Source: an uncultured Brevundimonas sp. | GTDB lineage: Bacteria; Pseudomonadota; Alphaproteobacteria; Caulobacterales; Caulobacteraceae | DNA: 58,097 nt | NCBI GenBank assembly: GCA_964624025.1 | Contig: CAZUXK010000003.1 | Location: 1 to 58,097, forward strand | Reading direction: 5' to 3' | Shown here: positions 1 to 8,953 of the stretch, piece after piece | Numbering within the stretch: position 1 is the stretch's first letter | How the letters are laid out: each line of letters begins with the position of its first letter | The notes under the pieces: generated by a model | Databases searched by the model: none | Seen by the model: the letters and a program-made list of their open reading frames with translations, nothing else | What the model was told of the DNA's origin: nothing | Position numbers and translations under genes: made by a program

Positions 1-15
1 GAAGCGGTGGAGGGG
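1..15. repeat. Partial REP-like palindromic element, truncated by the window edge
   Basis: GAAGCGGTGGAGGGG matches the 3' end (GAAGTGGTGGAGGGG, 1074-1088) of the element inside the capsid gene with one mismatch. Confidence 0.55.
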
Positions 16-54
16 CGACGGCTTTAGCCACGCCAGCGGCGAGCGGCGACCCTC

Positions 55-89
55 CTCGCCACTCACCACTCGCCACTAACCACTCGCCA
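55..89. repeat. Heptamer tandem repeat, 5 units
   Basis: ctcgcca ctcacca ctcgcca ctaacca ctcgcca, just downstream of the capsid stop; short complementary arm at 36-49. Confidence 0.9.
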
Positions 90-97
90 CCCGGCGA

Positions 98-1339
98 CTA
101 CGTCGCCGAGAACCTCATCACCTTGATGGCGTCGAAGTTCTGCACCCCGCCGCCGACGCGCTTGGTGGTGTAGAACAGCACATACGGCTTGGCCGAATAG
201 GGGTCGCGCAGCACCCGCACCCCGGCCCGGTCGACGATCAGATAGCCGCGCCGGAAGTCGCCGAAGGCGATCGCCAGGCTGTTGGCGGCGATGTCCGGCA
301 TGGTCTCGATCTCGGTCACCGGATAGCCCAGCAGGCTGGCCGTCTCCCTGGGCCGCGACGCCGGCGTCCAGATGTAGTTGCCGTCCGCGTCCTTGAACTT
401 GCGCACGGTCGAGACCGTCTTGCGGTTCATCACGAACCGCCCGTTCGGCCGGTACTGGGCCCGCGGCGCATAGATCAGGTCGATCAGCCGGTCGACCGGA
501 TGGCTGGCCGGAAAGGCCCCCGCCGCGCCCGAGGCCAGATAGCCGATCTGGCCCCAGGCGGCCGTCGCGTCCGGCGCCGTGTCATAGGCGAGGAAGCCCT
601 TCGGCTTGTTGACCCCGCTGCCGGTGACGAAGGCCTCGGTCTCCTGGGCGGCGAAGGCGTCCTCCACCTCCGAGGCCAGCCACTCGTCCATGTCGACCAG
701 GGCGTCGTCCAGCAGGGTCTGGGTCGCCGCCGGGCTGGCGTAGAGGTCCGCGGACGGGAACTCGATCAGCGACAGGGTGGCCGGATCCGTCTCCGGCCGC
801 GCCGCCGTCTCGGCCACCCAGCCGCACTCGACGCCGGCGGTCGAGACCGGCTTCCTGAACACCCCGCTGTTGATGGTCCGCACCGTGGCGATCTCGCGTA
901 TCGGCGAAGCCGCCATCAGCCGCCGCTCGATGGCCCGCTCCGTCTCCACCGGAGCCAGCACCCCCGACCCCGCCGCCGTCGACAGCCCGGCCTTCAGCTC
1001 CAGCCCGAGGCCCGTCTTCATCCACCCGGAAAACGCGCTCTTCTCCTCCCCACGCAGTGGGGAGGGGGACCACGAAGTGGTGGAGGGGCCCTCGCTCCCG
1101 CCCCCGATCGCCGGCCGCCGCGCCTCGCTGGCCAGCCGGTCCAGCCGCGCCTGGGCCGCCCCGACCGCCTGGTCGATACGCGCCACCTTCTCCTCCAGCA
1201 GCACGTCGGCCGAGGTCTTCTGCTCGATCTCCGCCAGCCGCGCGTCATTCGCCGCGCGGAAGGCCTCGAACGCCGCCATCATCTCGTGCAGCGCCGCCCG
1301 CGCCTCGGGCGCGCCCGAGACGGTCTTGGTCTCTTTCAT
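98..1339 (-). CDS. GTA/HK97-family major capsid protein
   Basis: ATG at 1339 with GGAG SD (MKETK...); motifs G.NKPKGFLAY, FGDF..GYLIVDR.G.RVLRDPYSAKPYVLFYTTKRVGGGV typical of RcGTA-like capsids. Confidence 0.95.
   Translation of the reverse strand: MKETKTVSGAPEARAALHEMMAAFEAFRAANDARLAEIEQKTSADVLLEEKVARIDQAVGAAQARLDRLASEARRPAIGGGSEGPSTTSWSPSPLRGEEKSAFSGWMKTGLGLELKAGLSTAAGSGVLAPVETERAIERRLMAASPIREIATVRTINSGVFRKPVSTAGVECGWVAETAARPETDPATLSLIEFPSADLYASPAATQTLLDDALVDMDEWLASEVEDAFAAQETEAFVTGSGVNKPKGFLAYDTAPDATAAWGQIGYLASGAAGAFPASHPVDRLIDLIYAPRAQYRPNGRFVMNRKTVSTVRKFKDADGNYIWTPASRPRETASLLGYPVTEIETMPDIAANSLAIAFGDFRRGYLIVDRAGVRVLRDPYSAKPYVLFYTTKRVGGGVQNFDAIKVMRFSAT
1044..1088. repeat. REP-like double-hairpin element inserted in frame in the capsid gene
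   Basis: CCTCCCCAC-GCA-GTGGGGAGG (1045-1065) followed by CCAC-GAA-GTGG (1070-1080); translated as PSTTSWSPSPLRGEE. Confidence 0.8.
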
Positions 1340-1486
1340 TGTCGGTCTCCGGTTGGGCCCCGCCCCCGACGGGCGCGGGGGTAGCTGAATGGCTAAGGCG
1401 GCAAGCACCCTTTCGGGCGCTCGCCGTCACTTTTGAAACGACGATGCGCAGCGAGCCTGACGAACGCTAAGGTCGCCGTCGCAGGC

Positions 1487-1873
1487 TCAGACCTCCCGGC
1501 GATCGATAGCCTGGCCGAACGCGATCAGATTGCCGTCCGGCGCAAGGACCAGCAGTTCTCGCTGACCATACGGCTTGTCAGTCGGCCCATGCACATTCCC
1601 GGCCGGCTGTTCCTCTAGCTTGGGCTTCAGCTCGTCATACAGGGCGTCCACGTCCCTGCAGTCGAAGTAGTAGGCGAAGCGGCGGGTGCCCGGCTGGAAC
1701 GGATTGCCCGGGCCAGCCTCCATTATCCTCATGCCGGCGCCGTCCCGGGCGACATAGGCGTAATCGGCCGAGCGGTACGCGACCGCGAAGCCCAGCACCC
1801 TGACCATGAAGTCGAGAGCGGACTCTAGATCGGGCGCCAGCATGAACGGGGTGACCTGAATGATATTCGGCAT
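1487..1873 (-). CDS. VOC/glyoxalase/bleomycin-resistance family protein
   Basis: 128 aa; TPFM..PDL..A.DF...LGF and P.DKPYGQRE....PDGNLIAFGQ motifs; GGAG SD. Confidence 0.9.
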   Translation of the reverse strand: MPNIIQVTPFMLAPDLESALDFMVRVLGFAVAYRSADYAYVARDGAGMRIMEAGPGNPFQPGTRRFAYYFDCRDVDALYDELKPKLEEQPAGNVHGPTDKPYGQRELLVLAPDGNLIAFGQAIDRREV

Positions 1874-1903
1874 GTCTCCGCCCCAGCCTGAGAGCGAGAA
1901 GGC

Positions 1904-2407
1904 TCAAGCAGAAACACCTCGGGCGCAAGCCGTCTGCGGCGCTGACAACCCCGCCACCTGAAAACGCGCCCCCGGCAGCATCGGGAAGGTCACCAGCGAC
2001 ACCTCCCACAGCTCCACCTCAGTCAGCACCCTGAGCCGCCCGTCGCGCCGGGCCCGGGCGGTGCGGAAGCCGATCGACAGGCCGTCCAGCGCCCCGGCCC
2101 GGACCAGGGCGGCGGCGAAGCGCGCCTCGGGTGACCAGGATTCGATCCGTCCCCGGGCGAACAGGCCCTTCGCATCCTCGCGCAGTTCATCCCAGACCCC
2201 GACGGGCGCCCGCCCGTCGTGCTGGAACAGCATCCGGATCTCCCCCGGCCCGGCCCGCGCCAGGCTGCGTCCGAACGCCCCTTCCGCCACCACATCGCCG
2301 TTCAGGTCCGCCACGCCCCACAGGGAGGCGTAGCCCTTGATGGTGAGTGGCGAGTGGCGAGGGGCGAATGACGAGTATCTAGACATTGCCAACGTCTCCG
2401 AGACCAT
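1904..2407 (-). CDS. HK97-family prohead protease (start uncertain: 2386, 2407 or 2431)
   Basis: I.GYASLWG..DL.GD.V..GAF, MLFQH, DGLSIGF, L.EVSLVTFPM motifs; lies between portal and capsid. Confidence 0.9.
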   Translation of the reverse strand: MVSETLAMSRYSSFAPRHSPLTIKGYASLWGVADLNGDVVAEGAFGRSLARAGPGEIRMLFQHDGRAPVGVWDELREDAKGLFARGRIESWSPEARFAAALVRAGALDGLSIGFRTARARRDGRLRVLTEVELWEVSLVTFPMLPGARFQVAGLSAPQTACARGVSA

Positions 2408-2448
2408 GCCCGCCCCCTCGCCACTCGTCACTCGTCACTCGTCACTCA
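2341..2448. repeat. Inverted pair of heptamer arrays (TGGCGAG-type at 2341-2375; CTCGTCA-type at 2417-2448)
   Basis: Read directly from the sequence; the two arms are complementary and enclose the candidate protease start codons at 2386 and 2407. Confidence 0.85.
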
Positions 2449-2662
2449 ACTGCGCCTCGATCCGCGCCAGCGTCGCCCGGGTCGTCTCCCCCTGGGCCTC
2501 CAGCCGGGCCAGCCGCTCGGCGACGGAGCGCTGCTCGACCACCGCCGCCTCCAGCGCCCCGATGCGCGCCGCCGCCCCGCCGGCCCAGATCAGTCCGGCG
2601 ATGGTCTGCACCACCAGCGCCGCCACCAGCGGGGCCGGCCATCGCTTCAGCTCCTCGGGCAT
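2435..2662 (-). CDS. Small GTA head protein (RcGTA g3.5/rcc01685-like), 75 aa
   Basis: ATG at 2662 with AAGGAGG SD; hydrophobic N-terminal helix plus coiled coil; position between portal and protease. Confidence 0.75.
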   Translation of the reverse strand: MPEELKRWPAPLVAALVVQTIAGLIWAGGAAARIGALEAAVVEQRSVAERLARLEAQGETTRATLARIEAQLSDE

Positions 2663-2683
2663 CGCCTCCTCCTTCGGCGAGGG

Positions 2684-2788
2684 CGTGAGACGTGAGTCGT
2701 GAGTCGTGATTGGCATCCGGCCACCGCCGCAGCCGCCCGACGCACGATTCACGACTCACGATTCACCAATCACCAATCACCAATCACG
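2684..2788. repeat. Inverted pair of heptamer arrays (CGTGAGT-type x4 at 2684-2711; ACTCACG/AATCACC-type x7 at 2740-2788)
   Basis: Read directly; the portal TGA (2784-2786) lies inside a repeat unit. Confidence 0.9.
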
Positions 2789-3923
2789 AGCCGACCCCCG
2801 CCATCCGCCGCCGCTCGTCCGGCGTCAGGAAGCTGGCCGCCTCCAGCCGCGCCCACAGGGCCTCGCGGTCCGCCGCCAGGGCCGGGGTGCCCTCCAGATC
2901 GGGCGCCACCCGGCAGCCGGGGAAGCGCGCTCCCAGCCAGCCCGACAGCGCCCCGGTGGTCCGCTGCACCAGCGGCATGACCGTCTGCCGCCACAGGGCG
3001 ACATTGGCCTCGCGATAGTTGGCGTAGGTGGCGTCGCCGGGAATGCCCAGCAGCTGCGGCGGCACCCCGAAGGCCAGGGCGATCTCGCGCGCCGCCGCGT
3101 GCTTGCCGGCGATGAAGTCCATCTCCGCCGGGGTCAGGCTGATCGGTTTCCAGTCCAGCCCGCCCTCCAGCAGCATCGGCCGCCCGGCGTTGGCCGCCCC
3201 GACATGGGCCTCGGCCAGCTCGGCCTTGAGCTGCTCGAACTGGGCCTCGGTCAGCCGCTCGCCGCCCCTGGCCCCATAGACCAGCGCCCCCGACGGCCGC
3301 GCCGCATTGTCCAGCAGCGCCTTGTTCCAGGCCCCGGAGGCGTTGTGCACATCGATGGCGAAGGCGGCCGCCTCCAGCGGCGGAAAGCCGTAGTGGTCGT
3401 CGGTCGGGTGGAACAGCTTCAGATGCAGCACCGGCGACCAGCCGTCGCTGCGCCGGGCGATCGTCACCGATCGTCCGCCCACGGCGTACTCATACCCCGC
3501 CGGCCAGCCGTTCGGCCCCGGGATCACCTTCACCCGGTCCGGGCGCAGGCTCCACAGCTCCGCCGGCGGAGCCTCCCCGTCCCCCGTCGCCTCGACATAG
3601 GCGTTGCCCGCCGTCTGCAGCCCGACGTACAGGGCCTCCAGCAGCTCGGCCCCGCCCTGCTCCGGATTGGGCCGCGCCAGCAGCGCCGCCAGAGGGTGAT
3701 CCGCCCGCCGCTCGCCCTCGACGAACACCGCCAGCGGCACGCTCGCCGCCGCCTCGGCCACCAGCCGGACGCAGCGATAGGTCACCGGATTGCGGGCGAA
3801 GCCCTCCTCCGCCAGCCGGGCGTAGTCGCGCGGCGTCCAGCGCGGCCGGCCGAGGTGGCTCAGCGCCACCAGCCGCCCGGTCCGGCTCGCCTTGGCCTCC
3901 CGGCCCCACAGGCTCCAGCGCAT
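2784..3923 (-). CDS. GTA/HK97-family portal protein
   Basis: 379 aa; HPL..LL.RPNP.Q, LRPDRV, NAGRPMLLEGGLDWK, REIALAFGVPPQLLGIPGDATYANY motifs. Confidence 0.95.
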   Translation of the reverse strand: MRWSLWGREAKASRTGRLVALSHLGRPRWTPRDYARLAEEGFARNPVTYRCVRLVAEAAASVPLAVFVEGERRADHPLAALLARPNPEQGGAELLEALYVGLQTAGNAYVEATGDGEAPPAELWSLRPDRVKVIPGPNGWPAGYEYAVGGRSVTIARRSDGWSPVLHLKLFHPTDDHYGFPPLEAAAFAIDVHNASGAWNKALLDNAARPSGALVYGARGGERLTEAQFEQLKAELAEAHVGAANAGRPMLLEGGLDWKPISLTPAEMDFIAGKHAAAREIALAFGVPPQLLGIPGDATYANYREANVALWRQTVMPLVQRTTGALSGWLGARFPGCRVAPDLEGTPALAADREALWARLEAASFLTPDERRRMAGVGS

Positions 3924-3948
3924 GCCGCCGCTCCTCTGTCGTCCCGCT

Positions 3949-5277
3949 TCAGACCCGGCGGATGCGCGGCAGGCCGTCGCCGCGCAGCATCAGCTCGGCC
4001 ACCGCCCACACCAGGGCGTCGCAGCGGTCGGGACTCGCTCCGCCCGCCGAACTGCCCATCGCAAGCATCTCGTCCTCGAGGGCGGCGAACACCGCCGCGT
4101 GCTTCACCCGCCCCTGCTCATAGAGCGCCGCCACCGGCTCGGCCCGGGCGCGCTTGCCGGTGGCGGCGCGCACCGCCCGCACCGGCGGCCCGTCCCCGGC
4201 CAGCCGCAGCACCGTCTCCACCATCTCGCCGCCCTGGTTGACCTCGGCCACGATGGTGGCCGCGTCGAAGTCCTGCGCCGCCGCCAGCGCCGCCCGGGCC
4301 CACTCCATCGGCGAGCAGCCGCGCACCGTGCGGTCGGCCAGCACATAGGCCGTCCCGCCCCGCCGCCCGGCCACCACGATGCCGCAGGCGTCGCCGCCGC
4401 GCGTGGCCGGCGGGTCGACCGCCACCACCACCCGCTCCAGCGCCCCGTCCGGCCGTCCCCGGCAGGCCGCCAGGATCTCCGCCGTCCACAGGCTGCCGTC
4501 GGGCTCCAGCACCAGCCCGTCCAGCTCCTGCGCCGCCAGCCGCGTGCCGCCGTACAGCGCCTGCAGCCCCTCCAGAAACCCGCTCGACAGATTGTCGGCG
4601 TTCTCCGCCGTCGCCGCCCGCGTCACCACACAGCCCGGCTCCTCCAGCAGCCGCCGGACCGCCGGGATCGCCTTCGGGGTGGTGGTGATCGCCAGCCGCG
4701 GATCGTCGCCCAGCCGCAGCCCCAGCCGCAGCATGGCCAGCACCGCCTCCGGCTGTCGCCAGGCCGCCAGCTCGTCCGCCCAGGCCGCGTGGAACTGCGG
4801 CCCGCGCAGGCTCTCCGGATCCTCCGCCGAAAAGGCGTAGGCCATGGCCCCGCCCGGCCACACCAGCCGCCGCCGGCTGGCCTCATAGGTCGGCCGCTCG
4901 GCCCGGGGCGCCACCGCCTTCAGCCCCGAGGGCCCCTCGATCATCACCTCGCGCACGTCGTGCAGCGTCGGCCCCACCAGCGCCAGCCGCGCCTCAGGCG
5001 TCGCCCGCGCGCTCAGCCACTCCGCTCCCGCCCGGGTCTTGCCGGCGCCGCGTCCGCCCATGAACAGCCAGGTGCGCCACGGCCCGTCCGGCGGCATCTG
5101 CGCCGTCCCCGCATGCCCCGGCCAATCCAGCCGCAGCGCCTCGATCTCCTGCGGCGTCATCGCCCGCAGCCACGCCCTTCGTCTCGCGGGCCGCAGCGAG
5201 GCGATCCAGGCGCATAAGGAGGCGGGCGCGGAGGGCCTCGAGCTCGGCCCCGCTCCATCCCCCATGTGCCGATCCAT
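3949..5277 (-). CDS. GTA large terminase (start uncertain: 5160, 5265 or 5277)
   Basis: Walker A GGRGAGKT, LRGPQF..AWADE Walker B, TTTP motif, nuclease VVAVDP and SPDR.DALVWA. Confidence 0.93.
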   Translation of the reverse strand: MDRHMGDGAGPSSRPSAPASLCAWIASLRPARRRAWLRAMTPQEIEALRLDWPGHAGTAQMPPDGPWRTWLFMGGRGAGKTRAGAEWLSARATPEARLALVGPTLHDVREVMIEGPSGLKAVAPRAERPTYEASRRRLVWPGGAMAYAFSAEDPESLRGPQFHAAWADELAAWRQPEAVLAMLRLGLRLGDDPRLAITTTPKAIPAVRRLLEEPGCVVTRAATAENADNLSSGFLEGLQALYGGTRLAAQELDGLVLEPDGSLWTAEILAACRGRPDGALERVVVAVDPPATRGGDACGIVVAGRRGGTAYVLADRTVRGCSPMEWARAALAAAQDFDAATIVAEVNQGGEMVETVLRLAGDGPPVRAVRAATGKRARAEPVAALYEQGRVKHAAVFAALEDEMLAMGSSAGGASPDRCDALVWAVAELMLRGDGLPRIRRV

Positions 5278-5431
5278 CCATCTGCGCCAGCTCCGCCAGG
5301 GCCTGCTCCAGCCGCACCAGGGCGAGGGCGGCCTTGCCGCGCCGCTCAACCTCGGCCACGTCCTCGCCGGCCGCCAGCCGGCGCCAGCTTTCGGCGAGGA
5401 CCTTCGCCGCCGAAGCCCGATCTCCCGCCAT
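4994..5431 (-). CDS. Putative GTA small terminase (g1-like)
   Basis: 145-aa helical ORF directly upstream of and overlapping TerL; ELEALRARLLMRLDRL segment resembles the C-terminal motif of GTA g1 proteins. Confidence 0.6.
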   Translation of the reverse strand: MAGDRASAAKVLAESWRRLAAGEDVAEVERRGKAALALVRLEQALAELAQMDGSAHGGWSGAELEALRARLLMRLDRLAAARETKGVAAGDDAAGDRGAAAGLAGACGDGADAAGRAVAHLAVHGRTRRRQDPGGSGVAERAGDA

Positions 5432-5553
5432 GCCTGAAGGATGCCACGCCAGCGCCAACGGGCAGGCGAGACGCGCTGCCGCGCCGACAACGCCATGACT
5501 CCGCATCGGATTCCCGCCGCCCATGGGTCAGCGAACCGCCCCCGGCCTGCGGA

Positions 5554-6321
5554 TCAGGGGTTGGACACCACCAGCCGCAGCCGCGAGCGCCGCGCCTCGT
5601 CGCTGGTCACCGGCGGCGGCCGCGGCGGCTCGGGATCGCGCGCCCGCCAGGCGTCCGGCCGCTCCAGCCAGCCGAGCGGGCTCTTCACCCGGTCCGGCAG
5701 GGGCGAGCGCGCCACCAGCTCCGGGGCGGCCTCGGTGCGCGCATGGCAGTGGGCCAGCACCTGGCGGTTATGCCCGCGCCCCGGCGGGGCCACGCTGACG
5801 ACCCGCTTGCGCGGATAGGACTCCTGCAGGAACCGGGCGGTGGCCGCATGGTCCCCGTCGGTGGTCAGCAGATAGGCCACGTCGAACCGGTCCGCGGCCG
5901 CATCCGCCGCCACCGCCAGCGCCAGATTGACGTCGCTCTGCTTCTCGGTCGCCTGCATCCAGCTGTGCCCGCAGGCGCGGCAGTGGTCGCCGTGGACGAC
6001 GAAATGGCCCATCAGGCAGCGCACGCCCGAGGCCCGCAGCGCCAGCTCATAGGTGGCCAGGGCCGTCATCCGGTCCTCGCGCTGCGGCCGGTGCGCCGCC
6101 ACCCAGGTCACCCCGGCCAGCCGCTCCCCGCGCGGAAGCAAGCCCCGCCCCAGCGCCTTCAGGTCCAGCCACAGCAGCTCGGGCCGGCCCAGATCGAGGA
6201 TGGCGTGATGCAGGTTGAAGCCGTCGACGTACAACCGGGCCCGGCGACGGAACAGCGGCAGGCTCGCGCCCCCGGCGCGCACCTGCGGCGTCTCCAGCGT
6301 TCCCCTGCCCGTGCGCGCCAT
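5554..6321 (-). CDS. NYN-domain (LabA/DUF88, PIN-fold) putative nuclease
   Basis: LYVDGFNL, EKQSDVNLA and LLTTDGDH acidic motifs. Confidence 0.85.
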   Translation of the reverse strand: MARTGRGTLETPQVRAGGASLPLFRRRARLYVDGFNLHHAILDLGRPELLWLDLKALGRGLLPRGERLAGVTWVAAHRPQREDRMTALATYELALRASGVRCLMGHFVVHGDHCRACGHSWMQATEKQSDVNLALAVAADAAADRFDVAYLLTTDGDHAATARFLQESYPRKRVVSVAPPGRGHNRQVLAHCHARTEAAPELVARSPLPDRVKSPLGWLERPDAWRARDPEPPRPPPVTSDEARRSRLRLVVSNP

Positions 6322-6395
6322 TCCGGCGGTTCCGTCCCCGTGGCTCCCCGGCAAAGGTTAACCACCGGCGCGCCGCCGAGTCTGTGGCCGAAACG

Positions 6396-8156
6396 CTACA
6401 TCCGCTCGGGCGTGGCGATTCCCAGCAGGTCCAGCGCCGTCTCGAGCTGGTCCAGCGCCGCCCGCGACAGGGCCAGCCGCGAAGCCCGCGTCTCCGCATC
6501 AGGCGCCGCCATCACCGGACAGGCGGCGTAGAACTTCGAGAAGCTCTGGGCCAGCCGGAAGGCGTGCTCGGCCACCAGATGCGGCCCGCGGCGCTCGTAG
6601 GCGTCCTCGACCGCCTGGGCGAAGGCGTCCAGCGTCAGGGCAAGGTCGCGCTCGGCCGGCGCGGCGATACGGATGTCCCCCGCCGCCGCCCCCTCGGCCG
6701 CCGCCCGCCGCAGCAGGCTCTTGATGCGCACCGCCTGGTACAGCAGGTACGGCCCGGTCTTGCCCTCGAACGAGGTGAAGCGGTCCAGGTCGAAGACGTA
6801 GCTGGTGGTGCGGTTGTTCGACAGGTCGGCGAACTTCAGCGCCGCCACCGCCACCTTGCGGGCGATGTCCTCGAATTCCTCCGGCGGCAGGTCGCCGCCC
6901 AGCTCCGCCTCGCGCAGCCGCTCGCGCGCCTTGTCGGTGGCCTGGCTGATCAGGTCGTACAGCTTCAGCACCCCGCCGGCGCGGGTCTTGAACGGCTTGC
7001 CGTCGGCCCCGTTCATGGTGCCGTTGGCGATGTGCTCCAGCTGCTCGGGGGTCGCGTAGCCGGCCTTGCACGCGGCCCGGAACACCTGGGCGAAGTGATC
7101 CGCCTGCCGCTGGTCGACGCAGTAGAGCGCCAGCTCGAAGTCCTGCTCGCGCCGGCGCTGCAGGATAGTCGCCAGATCGGTGGTGCCGTACATGGCCGAG
7201 CCTTCCGACGACACCAGCAGCAGCGGCGGCAGCTCGCGCTTGTCGCCCTCCTCGGCCACCCGGATGATCCAGGCGCCCTGGTCCAGCTCGGCCAGCCCCC
7301 GCGCCTTCAACTCCGCCACCATGTCCGGGATCAGCGAGTCGGCGTCCGACTCCCCGTTCCACAGGTCAAAGGTCACGCCCAGGGCCGAGAACTCGCGCTC
7401 TAACGCCGTCCGGCTGACCGCCACGAAGTGCGCCCACAGCGCCCGGTAACCCGGCCGCCCGGCCTGCAGCTCCGCCGTCGCCTTGCGCGCCCGGTCGCGG
7501 AACTCCGGCTCGGCCTTGGCCCGCGCCGCCGCGGCCGGATACAGCCGCTCCAGATCCTCAAGCGTCACCGGGCTCGCGTCCGGGAACGGCCCTTCGCCCT
7601 CGGCCATGAAGGCGGTCGCCAGCCCCTCGTCGGCGCAGGCGACGATCAGCAGGCCCATCTGGAAGCCCCAGTCGCCGAAGTGGGCGTCGCCCCACACCGT
7701 ATCGCCGCGGAAGCGGAACAGCCGCTTCAGGCTCTCGCCGATGATCGAGCTGCGCAGATGCCCCACGTGCATCGGCTTGGCCACGTTCGGGCCGGCATAG
7801 TCGATCACCACCCGCCGCGGCGCGGCCACGGCGTTCGCGCCCCGCATGGGCTCCGTCGCCGTCTGCGTCGCGCGCGCGGCCAGCGCCGCCGGCGAGGCCG
7901 TCAGGTTGAGGAAGCCCGGCCCGGCCACCTCGACGCGCGCCAGCGCCGGATCGCCCGCCAGCCGGTCGGCCACCCGGGTCGCCAGCTCGCGCGGATTGGC
8001 CTTCAGCGCCTTGGCGGCGGCCAGCGCGGCGTTGGACTGGAAGTCGGCCAGGTCAGGCCGGTCGGACGGCGTCACCTTGACCAGGTCGGCGGGCACGCCT
8101 TCGGCGGCGAAGGCGGCGGCCACCGCTTCGCGAAGTCGGGAAGCCAGACCGGTCAT
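6396..8156 (-). CDS. argS: Arginine--tRNA ligase
   Basis: [14 protein letters not shown] (HIGH), [22 protein letters not shown] and C-terminal LLGI..PERM; ATG at 8156. Confidence 0.97.
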   Translation of the reverse strand: MTGLASRLREAVAAAFAAEGVPADLVKVTPSDRPDLADFQSNAALAAAKALKANPRELATRVADRLAGDPALARVEVAGPGFLNLTASPAALAARATQTATEPMRGANAVAAPRRVVIDYAGPNVAKPMHVGHLRSSIIGESLKRLFRFRGDTVWGDAHFGDWGFQMGLLIVACADEGLATAFMAEGEGPFPDASPVTLEDLERLYPAAAARAKAEPEFRDRARKATAELQAGRPGYRALWAHFVAVSRTALEREFSALGVTFDLWNGESDADSLIPDMVAELKARGLAELDQGAWIIRVAEEGDKRELPPLLLVSSEGSAMYGTTDLATILQRRREQDFELALYCVDQRQADHFAQVFRAACKAGYATPEQLEHIANGTMNGADGKPFKTRAGGVLKLYDLISQATDKARERLREAELGGDLPPEEFEDIARKVAVAALKFADLSNNRTTSYVFDLDRFTSFEGKTGPYLLYQAVRIKSLLRRAAAEGAAAGDIRIAAPAERDLALTLDAFAQAVEDAYERRGPHLVAEHAFRLAQSFSKFYAACPVMAAPDAETRASRLALSRAALDQLETALDLLGIATPERM

Positions 8157-8812
8157 TGCGCGCCGGCGACCCCCGCCTGCGGCCGGAAGCGGCTGCCCGA
8201 GCGGTTGAACTCGGCCATCTCCGGCGTCACGTCGAAGCCGACCAGAATCTCGAAGTTGGCCCCCGAAGTCGTGGCTTCGGCGCGCGGGATCACCACCCGC
8301 TGCTGCTGCTCGACCTGGGTCGTCCGCTGACCGTCGAAGTCGACCGGCAGGTCGAAATACTCCTTCGACAGCACCGCCCGGTTCCGCTCGGTCACGGCGA
8401 TCCAGTAGCGATAGGTGCGCGCGTCGCCCTCGGCCTGCGGCCCGCGGCCCAGGCTGAAAAGCACATTGAAGTCCACCGTGATCGGCTGGTCGCCCTGGTA
8501 GGCGCAACCCGAGGTCACGCCCTCGATCTCGCCGGTGTAACCGACCGCGGCGGTGGTGGCCTGGCCGCCCTCGAGTTCGACGTAACGCGCGGCGTCATAG
8601 AGAATCTTCACGAACGGGCACGGGCCGGCGTTCGGCTGGCGACGCAAGGGCGCCGGCCCGCGCGGCCGCTCGCGCTGCTGCTCCTCGCCATCCGCCTGCT
8701 GGCGCTCCGAGCGGTCACGGTCCTGACGGTCGCGCGACTGGGCCTGCGCCACATCCGGCGCGGCCACGCCCGCGATGAGCAGCGCGGAGAGAAGGAACGC
8801 GACACGGCGCAT
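8153..8812 (-). CDS. Secreted hypothetical protein
   Basis: ATG at 8812; signal peptide [15 protein letters not shown]...AQA; two cysteines; ATGA overlap with argS. Confidence 0.75.
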   Translation of the reverse strand: MRRVAFLLSALLIAGVAAPDVAQAQSRDRQDRDRSERQQADGEEQQRERPRGPAPLRRQPNAGPCPFVKILYDAARYVELEGGQATTAAVGYTGEIEGVTSGCAYQGDQPITVDFNVLFSLGRGPQAEGDARTYRYWIAVTERNRAVLSKEYFDLPVDFDGQRTTQVEQQQRVVIPRAEATTSGANFEILVGFDVTPEMAEFNRSGSRFRPQAGVAGAQ

Positions 8813-8953
8813 GAGGGAATCCCGGGCAGACGAAGGAACGCCCCGCGGACGGGGCGAAGGACGCTCGCGCCTGATAGCGGCTAAAGCGAGGCGCGGCAAA
8901 CGGGAGCGCGTGCGCCGGTAGCGGGCGGGGCCGGATGCGACTAGGGTGAAGCC

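Noticed and set aside
2341-2788. Repeats as a CRISPR array
   Set aside because: 7-bp tandem units without unique spacers, and no cas genes
98-5431. Head genes as an active prophage
   Set aside because: Gene order and motifs are RcGTA-like, GC matches the host, and no integrase or replication genes adjoin the terminase side; a GTA is more likely, although the tail half is outside the window
6356-6363. GGTTAACC as a CtrA site controlling NYN or GTA
   Set aside because: Half-site only; no TTAA-N7-TTAA
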